From positions 1,650,001-1,682,000 of the forward strand of contig NC_017448.1 of NCBI RefSeq assembly GCF_000146505.1: a DNA stretch of 32,000 nt, in the 5' to 3' direction. The notes beneath the pieces are model-generated. The model was not told where the DNA came from and did no database searches. It saw only the letters and a program-made list of their open reading frames with translations. Below, in pieces: positions 9,131 through 17,567 of this stretch. The position numbers and the translations under genes were made by a program. This DNA comes from Fibrobacter succinogenes subsp. succinogenes S85. GTDB lineage: Bacteria; Fibrobacterota; Fibrobacteria; Fibrobacterales; Fibrobacteraceae. Numbering within the stretch: the first letter of the stretch is position 1; each line of letters starts with the position of its first letter.

Positions 9131-9957
9131 AGCTTTACGCGAGCGGCTCTCTTATTATTCTTTATCTTTGCATGTTTTTTCAAGACAAGCGACACCATCC
9201 ACACCGGCATCAATAAATATACCCACTTTTTCAAAGTCGGCAGATGGAATATATCCTTTCTACAGAATTTTCTCCAGAAATACTGCGCCATCACATCTTC
9301 CAGAACAGGATTTGTACTATGGTCATCACGCCAACTTCCGAGCCCATTATGCACGCAAACGTTGCTGCCATCATACGTGTTTATCGTAAAATAGGAATCG
9401 GGATACACTTTCATGTCAGAAAACAAGATTGGCTTTCCATCATATTTGACAACTTCGTCTTCATAGCCATACATCTTCATAAAGATTTTCGTCACAATGC
9501 AAGGAATCGCCGTTTGGTCAAGGCTTCCATCAGGCAAAATAAAATGTCTATTCTGGTAGTAATCCAGGCACTTTTTTATAAACGGATGCCCCGGTTCTGC
9601 ACCAATCGCATGGGCGGCAATCTGATCCGATGTTTCCACGCCAATAAAAAGCTTATCATCTAAAAACAAGTCAAAATTACCATTAATGGTCACATCTGCA
9701 TCTAGGTAAATTCCGCCATACTTATTCAGGACCCACAAACGGAAATAGTCCGTAACAAAAGCCCACTTTTGTTTAGAATAAGCTTCCCTAGCAAAAAGGA
9801 ATTCCTCATAAGGGAAATTTGTCTTATTCCATTCAACGATCTCATAATCCTTCAAATGTTCGCGCCACGTTGCAAGGCAATTTTCCACAGCCTTAGGCTT
9901 TTGCTCAGACAACCACAAATAATGTATTTTCTTTGGAATAGACATTACACGCTCCAC
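9127..9957 (-). CDS. Glycosyltransferase with DXD sugar-binding region (GT32 / capsule-synthesis Caps_synth-like)
   Basis: IPKKIHYLWLS near the N-terminus and WAFVTDYFRLWVLNKYGGIYLDADV (DxD) match the Gly_transf_sug/OCH1-like pattern. The alternative start at Met5 (ATG 9945-9943) would give a 1-nt TAATG overlap with the GT2 stop. Confidence 0.72.
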   Translation of the reverse strand: MERVMSIPKKIHYLWLSEQKPKAVENCLATWREHLKDYEIVEWNKTNFPYEEFLFAREAYSKQKWAFVTDYFRLWVLNKYGGIYLDADVTINGNFDLFLDDKLFIGVETSDQIAAHAIGAEPGHPFIKKCLDYYQNRHFILPDGSLDQTAIPCIVTKIFMKMYGYEDEVVKYDGKPILFSDMKVYPDSYFTINTYDGSNVCVHNGLGSWRDDHSTNPVLEDVMAQYFWRKFCRKDIFHLPTLKKWVYLLMPVWMVSLVLKKHAKIKNNKRAARVKL

Positions 9958-10850
9958 AACGCCTTAAAATGTTTTCGGGTATTTTTAAAAATATAAGGAG
10001 AAAGCCATATCACACTAATCATAAACTTCAGCAAAAGCGCAACCGTTTTTGACAAGTGCTTCTTGGTAAATCTCACCTTGGAAATTTCAGACTGAATTAA
10101 GGAAAATGCTCCACAAAGAAGGACGTCGTCGGGCCTTTCAGCTCCACCACGAACGAGATGCGCCACGGAAGGTCCTTCAATAATGCGACGGAGCAGGCCA
10201 TCCTGTTTCATGCGGTACTGCATATCGGTTTCTTCAAAATAAAGGAAGAAATTTTCATCAAACAGGTACTTCGGGTCATTTTTGACAAAGAGGTCAGCCC
10301 CTGTCACATAATCCACATTTCCCGTCTTATACTCATTAACAGGCAATCTCTGGTGTTTCCGCATATCAGCACCAAACGCTTTAAACACATTCTTTGCATA
10401 AAAAGAAAAAACATGCAAAACCATTTTTTTCAAAACAAAAAAGGCGGTCGGGAAAGTTCCATACGAATGCGATATCTTTTTTTCGCCATCGACCAGATTA
10501 CAACCAATCGCGCCCAATTTTTCAGTTTCGTGCGCTTTCCAATAATCGTAAAAAATCTTGATAGCGTTGTTCAGCAGCAGGGTGTCGCTGTTCAAATAAA
10601 AGATGAATTCACCCTTAGCGGCGTTCACGCCACGGTTATTCGCAGGGCCAAAACCGAGATTCGCCTTGTTCTCGACCAAGACGACCTGCGGGAATTCCTG
10701 CCGGACCATTTCTACAGAACCATCAACGGACCCGTTATCAGAAACGATAACCTCGAATTCAACATCCTTGGTCTGTGAAAAAACGGAACGAAGACAATTC
10801 CGCAAAAGATCGCGTGTATTAAAATTCACAATTACAACGGACACCTGCAT
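9945..10850 (-). CDS. Family 2 glycosyltransferase (rhamnosyl-/hexosyltransferase-like)
   Basis: VSVVIVNFNTRDLLRNCLRSV, VSDNGSVDGS, NLGFGPANNRG, YLNSDT. Length 301 aa. Confidence 0.88.
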   Translation of the reverse strand: MQVSVVIVNFNTRDLLRNCLRSVFSQTKDVEFEVIVSDNGSVDGSVEMVRQEFPQVVLVENKANLGFGPANNRGVNAAKGEFIFYLNSDTLLLNNAIKIFYDYWKAHETEKLGAIGCNLVDGEKKISHSYGTFPTAFFVLKKMVLHVFSFYAKNVFKAFGADMRKHQRLPVNEYKTGNVDYVTGADLFVKNDPKYLFDENFFLYFEETDMQYRMKQDGLLRRIIEGPSVAHLVRGGAERPDDVLLCGAFSLIQSEISKVRFTKKHLSKTVALLLKFMISVIWLSPYIFKNTRKHFKALWSV

Positions 10851-10852
10851 AG

Positions 10853-12199
10853 TTATTCGTCATCCTCATCAGTTTCGCCGGTTTCAGCTTTTTCCGCATC
10901 TGATTCAGCCTTTTTATCGCAAGCACCATCTTCTACTTTTGCGGGATTCCAAAATTTTGAGATAAGAAGCCAAAATACAATAGCGTACGACAAATCGATA
11001 AACACATCCTGCAAAAAACCATAACCAAAAATGCCCCACAAGACAATGACTCTGGCGTAGTAATACAAAAGGAAATGGGACAAAAGCGGATTACTAATCT
11101 TTTTGGCAAGCCACCCGGCGGCTATAGTCAACAAGGCTACGACAAAAGCCCCGATTGTACCAAACTCAAGATACAAATCCCCAAAGAGAGTCTTGAAATA
11201 ATACATGTTCACTCGGTAGACGTTACTCCAAAATTCTCGGACCGCGTCTACGCCATACTTTGAATCCGGGAGTTCAAACCCACCAAACCATTCCAGCAAT
11301 TTCGGGAAGAATCGAAGCCCATACGTATGGATATCTGTCGAATCCCAATAAACCAGTCCCAAATTTAAGAAGGGTTCCCCAAAATAGCGCATTATTCTGT
11401 TCAACGCAACATCGACATCACCATCGACACGGGCAAAAGAAATGATTATCGCATAAAAGCCCAACAAGCCCAACACGGCAAACGCTATACCATAGATTTT
11501 TTTCTTGATGTCTACAGGAATCTCGTCCTTGAAATTCGTGTAAATATAGACAAGGGCAAAGAAATTGAAAAACAAGGATCCACGGCTTCCCTGTAAAACA
11601 GAGGGTGTGACGGTCGCTCCAAAACCGACAATCAAAAGAAATAACGCCATCATCGATTTTTGGTTCTTTACAATCCGGTAAAACTGCAAATAGAGAAAAA
11701 TCGGCATCACACAGATGGACAAACGTCTAAAAACCTTAGACAGAATCATTTCGATATCGGAACCATACTTTTGCCCCAGATCTCCGGAAACACTCATATG
11801 GTACGCATCGCCCAAGTCACTTGCCGCCCCTAGCTGATACCCTTCCAGGAAAAAGAACAGGTGTCCCAGCATAAAGAAAAGAAAAATCTTTGAAAACAAG
11901 GACACCCTCTGGGCATCCCACCCTATTTCAAATTTGGGAACAACCTTCAACGGGCTCATCACCCCCATCATCATGATAAACATGAGAAAATAGGGAAGAT
12001 AGCTCAAATACTCTAGACTTCTGGAATCGCGTATTTCTTCCTGGTATAAGCCAATATCGAATACATACGCCCCCATGCAAGAAACAACAGCGTACAGTCC
12101 TATAGAAAATAAATAAAAGGCGCTATATTCACTTTTCTGCTTATAGCACCATGCAAACCACACTATATACAGGAATGCATTAGTTAAGAATACTTCCAT
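10853..12199 (-). CDS. wzy: Multi-pass membrane protein, probable repeat-unit polymerase (Wzy-like / O-antigen polymerase-type)
   Basis: 448 aa, hydrophobic throughout with many TM-like segments and no soluble catalytic domain. It sits between the GTs and wzx, as in Wzx/Wzy loci. It has an unusual acidic C-terminal tail (AESDAEKAETGETDEDDE). The family call rests mainly on context. Confidence 0.55.
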   Translation of the reverse strand: MEVFLTNAFLYIVWFAWCYKQKSEYSAFYLFSIGLYAVVSCMGAYVFDIGLYQEEIRDSRSLEYLSYLPYFLMFIMMMGVMSPLKVVPKFEIGWDAQRVSLFSKIFLFFMLGHLFFFLEGYQLGAASDLGDAYHMSVSGDLGQKYGSDIEMILSKVFRRLSICVMPIFLYLQFYRIVKNQKSMMALFLLIVGFGATVTPSVLQGSRGSLFFNFFALVYIYTNFKDEIPVDIKKKIYGIAFAVLGLLGFYAIIISFARVDGDVDVALNRIMRYFGEPFLNLGLVYWDSTDIHTYGLRFFPKLLEWFGGFELPDSKYGVDAVREFWSNVYRVNMYYFKTLFGDLYLEFGTIGAFVVALLTIAAGWLAKKISNPLLSHFLLYYYARVIVLWGIFGYGFLQDVFIDLSYAIVFWLLISKFWNPAKVEDGACDKKAESDAEKAETGETDEDDE

Positions 12200-12286
12200 A
12201 CCGTCATCGTAAAAACAGACTACAACATCCCGTTATCAAGATGTCTAATGTAGCGAAAATATATAAAATATGCGAATCGCTTTTTA

Positions 12287-13744
12287 TCAGCGGCTCTTTC
12301 CGAAATGGATTTTCTGCATCATTTTACGCAGTTCCGTTACCACAAGCTCATTCTTGTTGAATTTCAGGTTTATCAACGCAAAGATACAGGCCATGAGCAA
12401 GCCTTCTACAGCAATCCGTAACCCATACGGGACTTCTAAATAACAGCTAAAAACAATCGGCACCGGGAGATAGCATAACGCCCAGCCGATGTTCTTCAAT
12501 AGGATTTTCGCGTCAAATACAAGGCCCAGGATTTTTTTCACCAGGTACATTCCAACAACAAGAACAGACAATTCAGACAAGCCCCAGGACATCGCAGAGC
12601 CAACGGCCCCCAAACGAGTCGTCAATACAATATTGCCAAGAATGCCAATCACAGCACCGACGGAACTGACTATGAAAATGGACTTGTTCGATGTCGAAGC
12701 CATCAGGAATTGCTGAATAACAATTTGCTCCATTCCAATAATCAGCAACAGGAAAATAACGATTTTAAACGGCAAAATGGCACCTTCATAACCATTACCC
12801 GCAATAATGAAAATAATTTCATCGGCGCAGAACAGGCAGGCAATAATAATGGGCAACGAGACAATGGTCAAAATATTAAATGTATCATCTGCTATCTTTT
12901 GAATTTTTTCGCGATTTCCATCACTCAACAATTCACTAACCTTGGGGACCATCACATTGGTAAAAGCAGTAAAAACACCCATTAGGATACTATACATCTT
13001 CGTTGCTGTTGCAAAGTAGCCAACTTCCTTATCCCCAGAACAAAACCCAAGAAATACCATATTGAACGAAGTATACATATAGGTCAGCATACGATAATAC
13101 CCAAACACCAGAACAGGCAATATGAAGATTCTAAAGCTGACCTGGGATAATGAAAATGTTCTAAATTTTTTCGAATAATTCCAATTCCACAAGGCGTTCA
13201 CAAAAACAGATCCCACTGTCAATGCGTAGTAGATTATAGCATCATCTGGAGAGCGAATAAAGGCAAAAACGCCTACAACATAAAGAAAGCGAACCGCAAT
13301 AGTCCTAAGCGTTATATATTTGAATTCCTGCAAGCCCTCAAAAAGCCATTCTATCAAAAATAAGCTAAAGAATAGCTTTACAAGCCCTATCCAAAGAAAG
13401 TCCCTATATACTTGAAGACTGGGGACATAGAGCGTGCAAAGGACGAGTACCACAACAGCAATAATGGTACCGACAAAGTTAATCGCCATCAGGCTTGAAA
13501 AGGTCTTATTTCTCCGTTCAAGATTACTTTTGCACCTTGCAATTTCGCGAACGCCAAAAGAGCCAACGCCTAAAGTAGAAAAAAGGACGAAATAATCAAT
13601 CAGACTATCGACAAAATTGCATATACCGATATTGCTTACACCAAGAACTCTCGATACATAAGGATATGTAATTAAAGGGAAAAGGTACTTACTTAAAGTA
13701 AGCAACAAGTTATATGCAAAATTCTTTTTGACTGATTTGGGCAT
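12287..13744 (-). CDS. wzx: Oligosaccharide-unit flippase (Wzx, MOP superfamily polysaccharide biosynthesis protein)
   Basis: 485 aa and about 12-14 hydrophobic segments. The N-terminus KKNFAYNLLLTLSKYLFPLITYPYVSRVLGVSNIGICNFVDSLIDYF is typical of PST-family flippases. Confidence 0.82.
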   Translation of the reverse strand: MPKSVKKNFAYNLLLTLSKYLFPLITYPYVSRVLGVSNIGICNFVDSLIDYFVLFSTLGVGSFGVREIARCKSNLERRNKTFSSLMAINFVGTIIAVVVLVLCTLYVPSLQVYRDFLWIGLVKLFFSLFLIEWLFEGLQEFKYITLRTIAVRFLYVVGVFAFIRSPDDAIIYYALTVGSVFVNALWNWNYSKKFRTFSLSQVSFRIFILPVLVFGYYRMLTYMYTSFNMVFLGFCSGDKEVGYFATATKMYSILMGVFTAFTNVMVPKVSELLSDGNREKIQKIADDTFNILTIVSLPIIIACLFCADEIIFIIAGNGYEGAILPFKIVIFLLLIIGMEQIVIQQFLMASTSNKSIFIVSSVGAVIGILGNIVLTTRLGAVGSAMSWGLSELSVLVVGMYLVKKILGLVFDAKILLKNIGWALCYLPVPIVFSCYLEVPYGLRIAVEGLLMACIFALINLKFNKNELVVTELRKMMQKIHFGKSR

Positions 13745-13761
13745 TTTCTCGTCTATACCAA

Positions 13762-14592
13762 CTAATCATCATCGAAGAATCGGACGACAACATTATGCGT
13801 TTGAATTTTGTCATCTTCAGGAACTTTATTCCAATCCCCATAAAGGTCTGTAAGATAGGCATCAACATTACAGGGAGCACAAAACATGGAACCTTCAAAT
13901 TCAATACGCCCTATCGGGAAAATATACTTCTTGTATCTTTTTTCATCCCAAGGCGCTCCATAAGGCAATCTGTAATAATCATTTCTTTTATGGTATATGA
14001 ATCGCAAAAGGGGCGGGATGATTTTTTTTATTACCACATAATTTAACGGCAACAACGGTCTCAAAATTTTTGCAATTATCGAAGATGATAATATAACACG
14101 TTGAACCGCTTTTTCATAACAGAACATCATCTTTTTACAAAAAAAATCGCTTACTTGGTCATCCTGATAAAAAATATCCACCTGCACACCTCGATATTTT
14201 CTCATTTTGTGAAGCGGAGAATCCTGCAAATATTCACTTTTCAAATCACGTAGCACATCCCACGTAGAGTAAAAACCGCTATCAGTTTCATCGCACTGCA
14301 GCACAAACTCTTTACTAGGATTTTGCGTAAGCATTATTTTTTTAAACTTTAGATAACTCTCCCTGGTCATACAAATATCCACATCGTCATCCCAAGGAAT
14401 AAAGCCTCCATGCCTAGCGGCACCCAGCAAGGTTCCGCAATCTAGCCAATAGTCAATTTCATTTTCCAAACAGATGCCGTCTATAAACTTAAGCATTTCA
14501 AGCATCCGAAGTTGAGCCCGACGCAAAATTGATCCATCAGGATTAAAGCGCTTTCGAAATTTAGCTTGCAAATCTCGATCAATCATCAGCAT
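13762..14592 (-). CDS. licD: LicD-family phosphotransferase (transfers a phospho- or phosphono-headgroup, or alditol-phosphate, from a CDP/CMP-activated donor)
   Basis: DYWLDCGTLLGAARHGGFIPWDDDVDICM is the LicD nucleotidyltransferase-fold signature including DxD. Length 276 aa. It lies between the phosphonate module and wzx. Confidence 0.85.
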   Translation of the reverse strand: MLMIDRDLQAKFRKRFNPDGSILRRAQLRMLEMLKFIDGICLENEIDYWLDCGTLLGAARHGGFIPWDDDVDICMTRESYLKFKKIMLTQNPSKEFVLQCDETDSGFYSTWDVLRDLKSEYLQDSPLHKMRKYRGVQVDIFYQDDQVSDFFCKKMMFCYEKAVQRVILSSSIIAKILRPLLPLNYVVIKKIIPPLLRFIYHKRNDYYRLPYGAPWDEKRYKKYIFPIGRIEFEGSMFCAPCNVDAYLTDLYGDWNKVPEDDKIQTHNVVVRFFDDD

Positions 14593-14630
14593 CTCCTCAT
14601 TTGTCCATGTTATTTCAAATGCAGGTGGCT

Positions 14631-15812
14631 CTACTTTTTCGGTGCAAACGGCTCGATGATGTTCTTGATGATAAAGTCGGCCGTCTTCTCGATATCCTCG
14701 AACGCAACGCGTTTCGGCAAGTCGACGTTGAAAGCCTTCTTCACCTTCGCGACGAGTTCGTCGGTATAGACGAGCGTGCCGTTTTCCACATTCTCAATAC
14801 CGTCGCAGTAGATGGACTTGCGGTTCGCGGCACGCATGTCATCCATACTGAAGAGCGTCGTATCGAACGTAACTTCCGCCTTTGCGCCATCGATAAGCAC
14901 CGGGTAGCCGCCGATTTCGCCATTGACACCGGGAGCATGCACCTTGGTCACCGTCTTTTCGCGGAGAGCCGTCAAGATGGAATCGATGATGTTGAAATTG
15001 CTCGAAGCGTTCATCATGTTGCGCTTCTGGTCCACCGGCATCGGGATGGAGCAGGCAGCCAGCACTTCGGTCTGGTCAAACGGCAAATCTTTGCCATCCT
15101 TCTTGAAGTTCAAGAGCAGCGTCTGGCCTTCAGCATGGCCTTCCTTCGAAATCACCACATCGTGGAAATGGCTCACGGCGAGCGTCACATCGATATCGTT
15201 CAAGTTGTCGATGTTGTACTTTTCGGCCATAAAGAACTTCATGCGCGGAATGAGGTGGTTCAGGTTGCCGCTACCAAAATCAAAATATGTCTTACCGGCG
15301 GACTTGAGCCAAGGAATCACTGCGTCGGAATACGAGGTATTGATGGTCACTGCATTGGAGCCCACCTTTTCGTAGGCGGCCATGATATTTTTCGCATAAC
15401 GGATAGAGAGCGGAGACCAAATGCCGTAAGCGCGCAGGTTGCTCCACGAGATGCTTCCGTACTTGAGTCCGGAATAGACGCGGCTGCTGTTCACGATAAA
15501 GTCCGGATTCGCCTTCTTGATTGTCGCGGCGATGCTGTCGACATCGTTCAAATCGCAGTCACCGAGAATTTCAATCTGGCTACGCAGTTCACGACGGATT
15601 GTCGCCGCCGTGCGAACGATGTTCACATCCATCTGCATCTTGGCTGCATTGCGGCCAGCAACCACAATTTTCAGCTGCGGGTCACGGAGACTCACCAAAA
15701 AGTCGAGCAGGAACGTACCGACGCTCCCGAGCCCAATAATCATAATCGTAATCGTCTCGTTCTTTTCGACCTTGGACTTGAGCAAGGCTATTTTCTTGTT
15801 CAGGATTTCCAT
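14631..15812 (-). CDS. NAD(P)-binding two-domain oxidoreductase, saccharopine/carboxynorspermidine-dehydrogenase-like (tentative)
   Basis: N-terminal Rossmann GxGxxG (IMIIGLGSVGTFL) followed by KIVVAGRN. Length 393 aa. No PLP, ThDP or metal motifs seen. The family assignment comes from overall layout and memory only. Coding status is strong: it reads in phase, with tight spacing inside the operon. Confidence 0.5.
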   Translation of the reverse strand: MEILNKKIALLKSKVEKNETITIMIIGLGSVGTFLLDFLVSLRDPQLKIVVAGRNAAKMQMDVNIVRTAATIRRELRSQIEILGDCDLNDVDSIAATIKKANPDFIVNSSRVYSGLKYGSISWSNLRAYGIWSPLSIRYAKNIMAAYEKVGSNAVTINTSYSDAVIPWLKSAGKTYFDFGSGNLNHLIPRMKFFMAEKYNIDNLNDIDVTLAVSHFHDVVISKEGHAEGQTLLLNFKKDGKDLPFDQTEVLAACSIPMPVDQKRNMMNASSNFNIIDSILTALREKTVTKVHAPGVNGEIGGYPVLIDGAKAEVTFDTTLFSMDDMRAANRKSIYCDGIENVENGTLVYTDELVAKVKKAFNVDLPKRVAFEDIEKTADFIIKNIIEPFAPKK

Positions 15813-15815
15813 ATC

Positions 15816-16559
15816 TTACTCCATAAGTTCGCGAACAATGTTGTAGTCCGCAACGGTGTTACAGTTATACCAGGCATCAAACGTGACCACATCATATTCT
15901 TCACGGGAAAGCTTGTTGAAATACGCCTGGATAATCTCGAGATTCGTTCCCTGAAGTTGCTTTTCCGTCAAGGAAGCGACAGCCTCGTGCAGCTTTTCTG
16001 CCGACCGGAACTTCCACATCTGCGCAGAATTGAATACCGCGAGGAACGGCTCCGGAATCGTGAGCGAAGAATGGTTCGTGTCGTATAGGTAATGCGGACG
16101 GCCATCCGTCGATACGTAAAGAGCCACGGCCTTGTTCGAATAAATGGGTTCGCGATTGATCGTGAGCACGCTCTTTTCGCTGTCGTAGACCTTCTTGAAA
16201 TTTTCCTTCAAGAAGAACAGGTCACCTTCAACGAACGTGACATCACCCGGTTCCTTCACGGCCTCGATGCCCTTGTACAGGCTATAGCCCGAGCCGTAAT
16301 CCTTGAAGTGCTCGTTATAGACAAGTTCAATCTTATCGCCATACACCTGAAGATTCTGCTTCACGTATTCTTCGAGAGCGGAATAGAGGTAGCCGCCCAC
16401 GATGATGTACTTGTCGTATTCGCCGCAATTTTTCAAAAGCTGCGGCAAAAGAGCAAACTTCGGAGAATCCTTATAATAAAGGCACTTCAGGGTTTCCTTT
16501 TCGGTATCCCTGTTAAAGCGGGTTGCCGTCCCGGCAACAGTAATAATCAGGTATTTCAT
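15816..16559 (-). CDS. LicC/IspD-fold nucleotidyltransferase (candidate phosphonate or phospho-headgroup cytidylyltransferase, PntC-like)
   Basis: N-terminal IITVAGTATRF is the G-x-G-t-R-f/l NTP-binding loop. Internal NEHFKDYGSGYSLYKG and an acidic EGDLFF motif. Length 247 aa. ATGA overlap with the upstream SDR stop (16556-16559). Confidence 0.62.
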   Translation of the reverse strand: MKYLIITVAGTATRFNRDTEKETLKCLYYKDSPKFALLPQLLKNCGEYDKYIIVGGYLYSALEEYVKQNLQVYGDKIELVYNEHFKDYGSGYSLYKGIEAVKEPGDVTFVEGDLFFLKENFKKVYDSEKSVLTINREPIYSNKAVALYVSTDGRPHYLYDTNHSSLTIPEPFLAVFNSAQMWKFRSAEKLHEAVASLTEKQLQGTNLEIIQAYFNKLSREEYDVVTFDAWYNCNTVADYNIVRELME

Positions 16560-17554
16560 CTTTCAATACTCTTTACGCACATTTCAAGGCCTTCTTCCAG
16601 CGTAACGACCGGTTTCCAGTGCGTACGCGTACGGATCTTGTCTGTGTTGAGCAGGCGGCGTTCCGGGTCGGACTTGCGATAACCTTCGAACTTGATTTTC
16701 ACATCGTCCATGCCCATCTTCTTCGCAATCAGTTTCACGAGATCCACGATGGAAATTTCTTCTTCGGTCGCGACATTATAGACGGTACCGTCGAGCGCTT
16801 CCGGCGATTCCATGAGTTCCATCACGGCGCGGCAGCTGTCGATATTGTGGAGGAACGTACGCTTGTTGACCTTCGAGTTTTCGAGCAGCGTGACCTGCGG
16901 CTTTTCAAGAAGGTTGTTGATGATGTGCGGGATGATATGGTCCGCAAAGCGTTCATGCTTGCTGTAGACGTTGGCAAAGCGGATCGAGCAGCCCTTGATT
17001 TTGCCCTTGTCCACAGCATCCTTCATGAAGAATTCCGTGAGGAGCTTGCCGACAGCGTAGCTTGTGCGCTGGCTGTGTTCTGCTGTGGCCATCACCAGGA
17101 AGTCTGATTCACGAACGCCACCATTCGCATTCCAGGACTGCATGGAATAAACTTCGGAAGTCGAGCAGTTGATGTAGGTATCCGCACCAAGAGCGATCGC
17201 CATTTCCAAGAACGTCTTCATCGAGATGACGTTTGTAAGGAACGTGTGTTCCACTTCGTAGAAATGCTTCGTATGCACGACTGCGGCGCAGTTGATGAAA
17301 ACCAGGCGGCCGGAATAAGAGCCTTTGAGACTCTTCACCTTGTCGGCGACAGCGGCCATGTGTCCGGCATTGTTGATGTCGTATTCAAAAAAGATATAGT
17401 CATCACGACCGACCAAGTCCTTCACCGTATCGATAGAACTGGCAAAGAAGTTGTCAAAACCGACAACGATGTTTTCTTCTTTCAGCAGTTGGTGCGAAAG
17501 TTCACTGCCGGTCATGCCTGTAGCACCACTTATGACATACAGATTTTTCTTCAT
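16556..17554 (-). CDS. NAD(P)-dependent extended SDR (epimerase/dehydratase/reductase family)
   Basis: VISGATGMTGSEL (GxxGxxG), catalytic YxxxK (SYAVGKLLTE), 332 aa. Confidence 0.8.
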   Translation of the reverse strand: MKKNLYVISGATGMTGSELSHQLLKEENIVVGFDNFFASSIDTVKDLVGRDDYIFFEYDINNAGHMAAVADKVKSLKGSYSGRLVFINCAAVVHTKHFYEVEHTFLTNVISMKTFLEMAIALGADTYINCSTSEVYSMQSWNANGGVRESDFLVMATAEHSQRTSYAVGKLLTEFFMKDAVDKGKIKGCSIRFANVYSKHERFADHIIPHIINNLLEKPQVTLLENSKVNKRTFLHNIDSCRAVMELMESPEALDGTVYNVATEEEISIVDLVKLIAKKMGMDDVKIKFEGYRKSDPERRLLNTDKIRTRTHWKPVVTLEEGLEMCVKSIER

Positions 17555-17567
17555 GTTAAGCCTCTGT

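Noticed and set aside
14601-16088. 495-aa + strand ORF spanning the oxidoreductase/nucleotidyltransferase junction
   Set aside because: It is an antisense shadow of two well-supported - strand genes. The translation is R/H/V/D-rich low-information sequence with no motifs, and it crosses a gene boundary. Such ORFs appear only in the GC-rich blocks, where sense-strand codon bias removes antisense stops.
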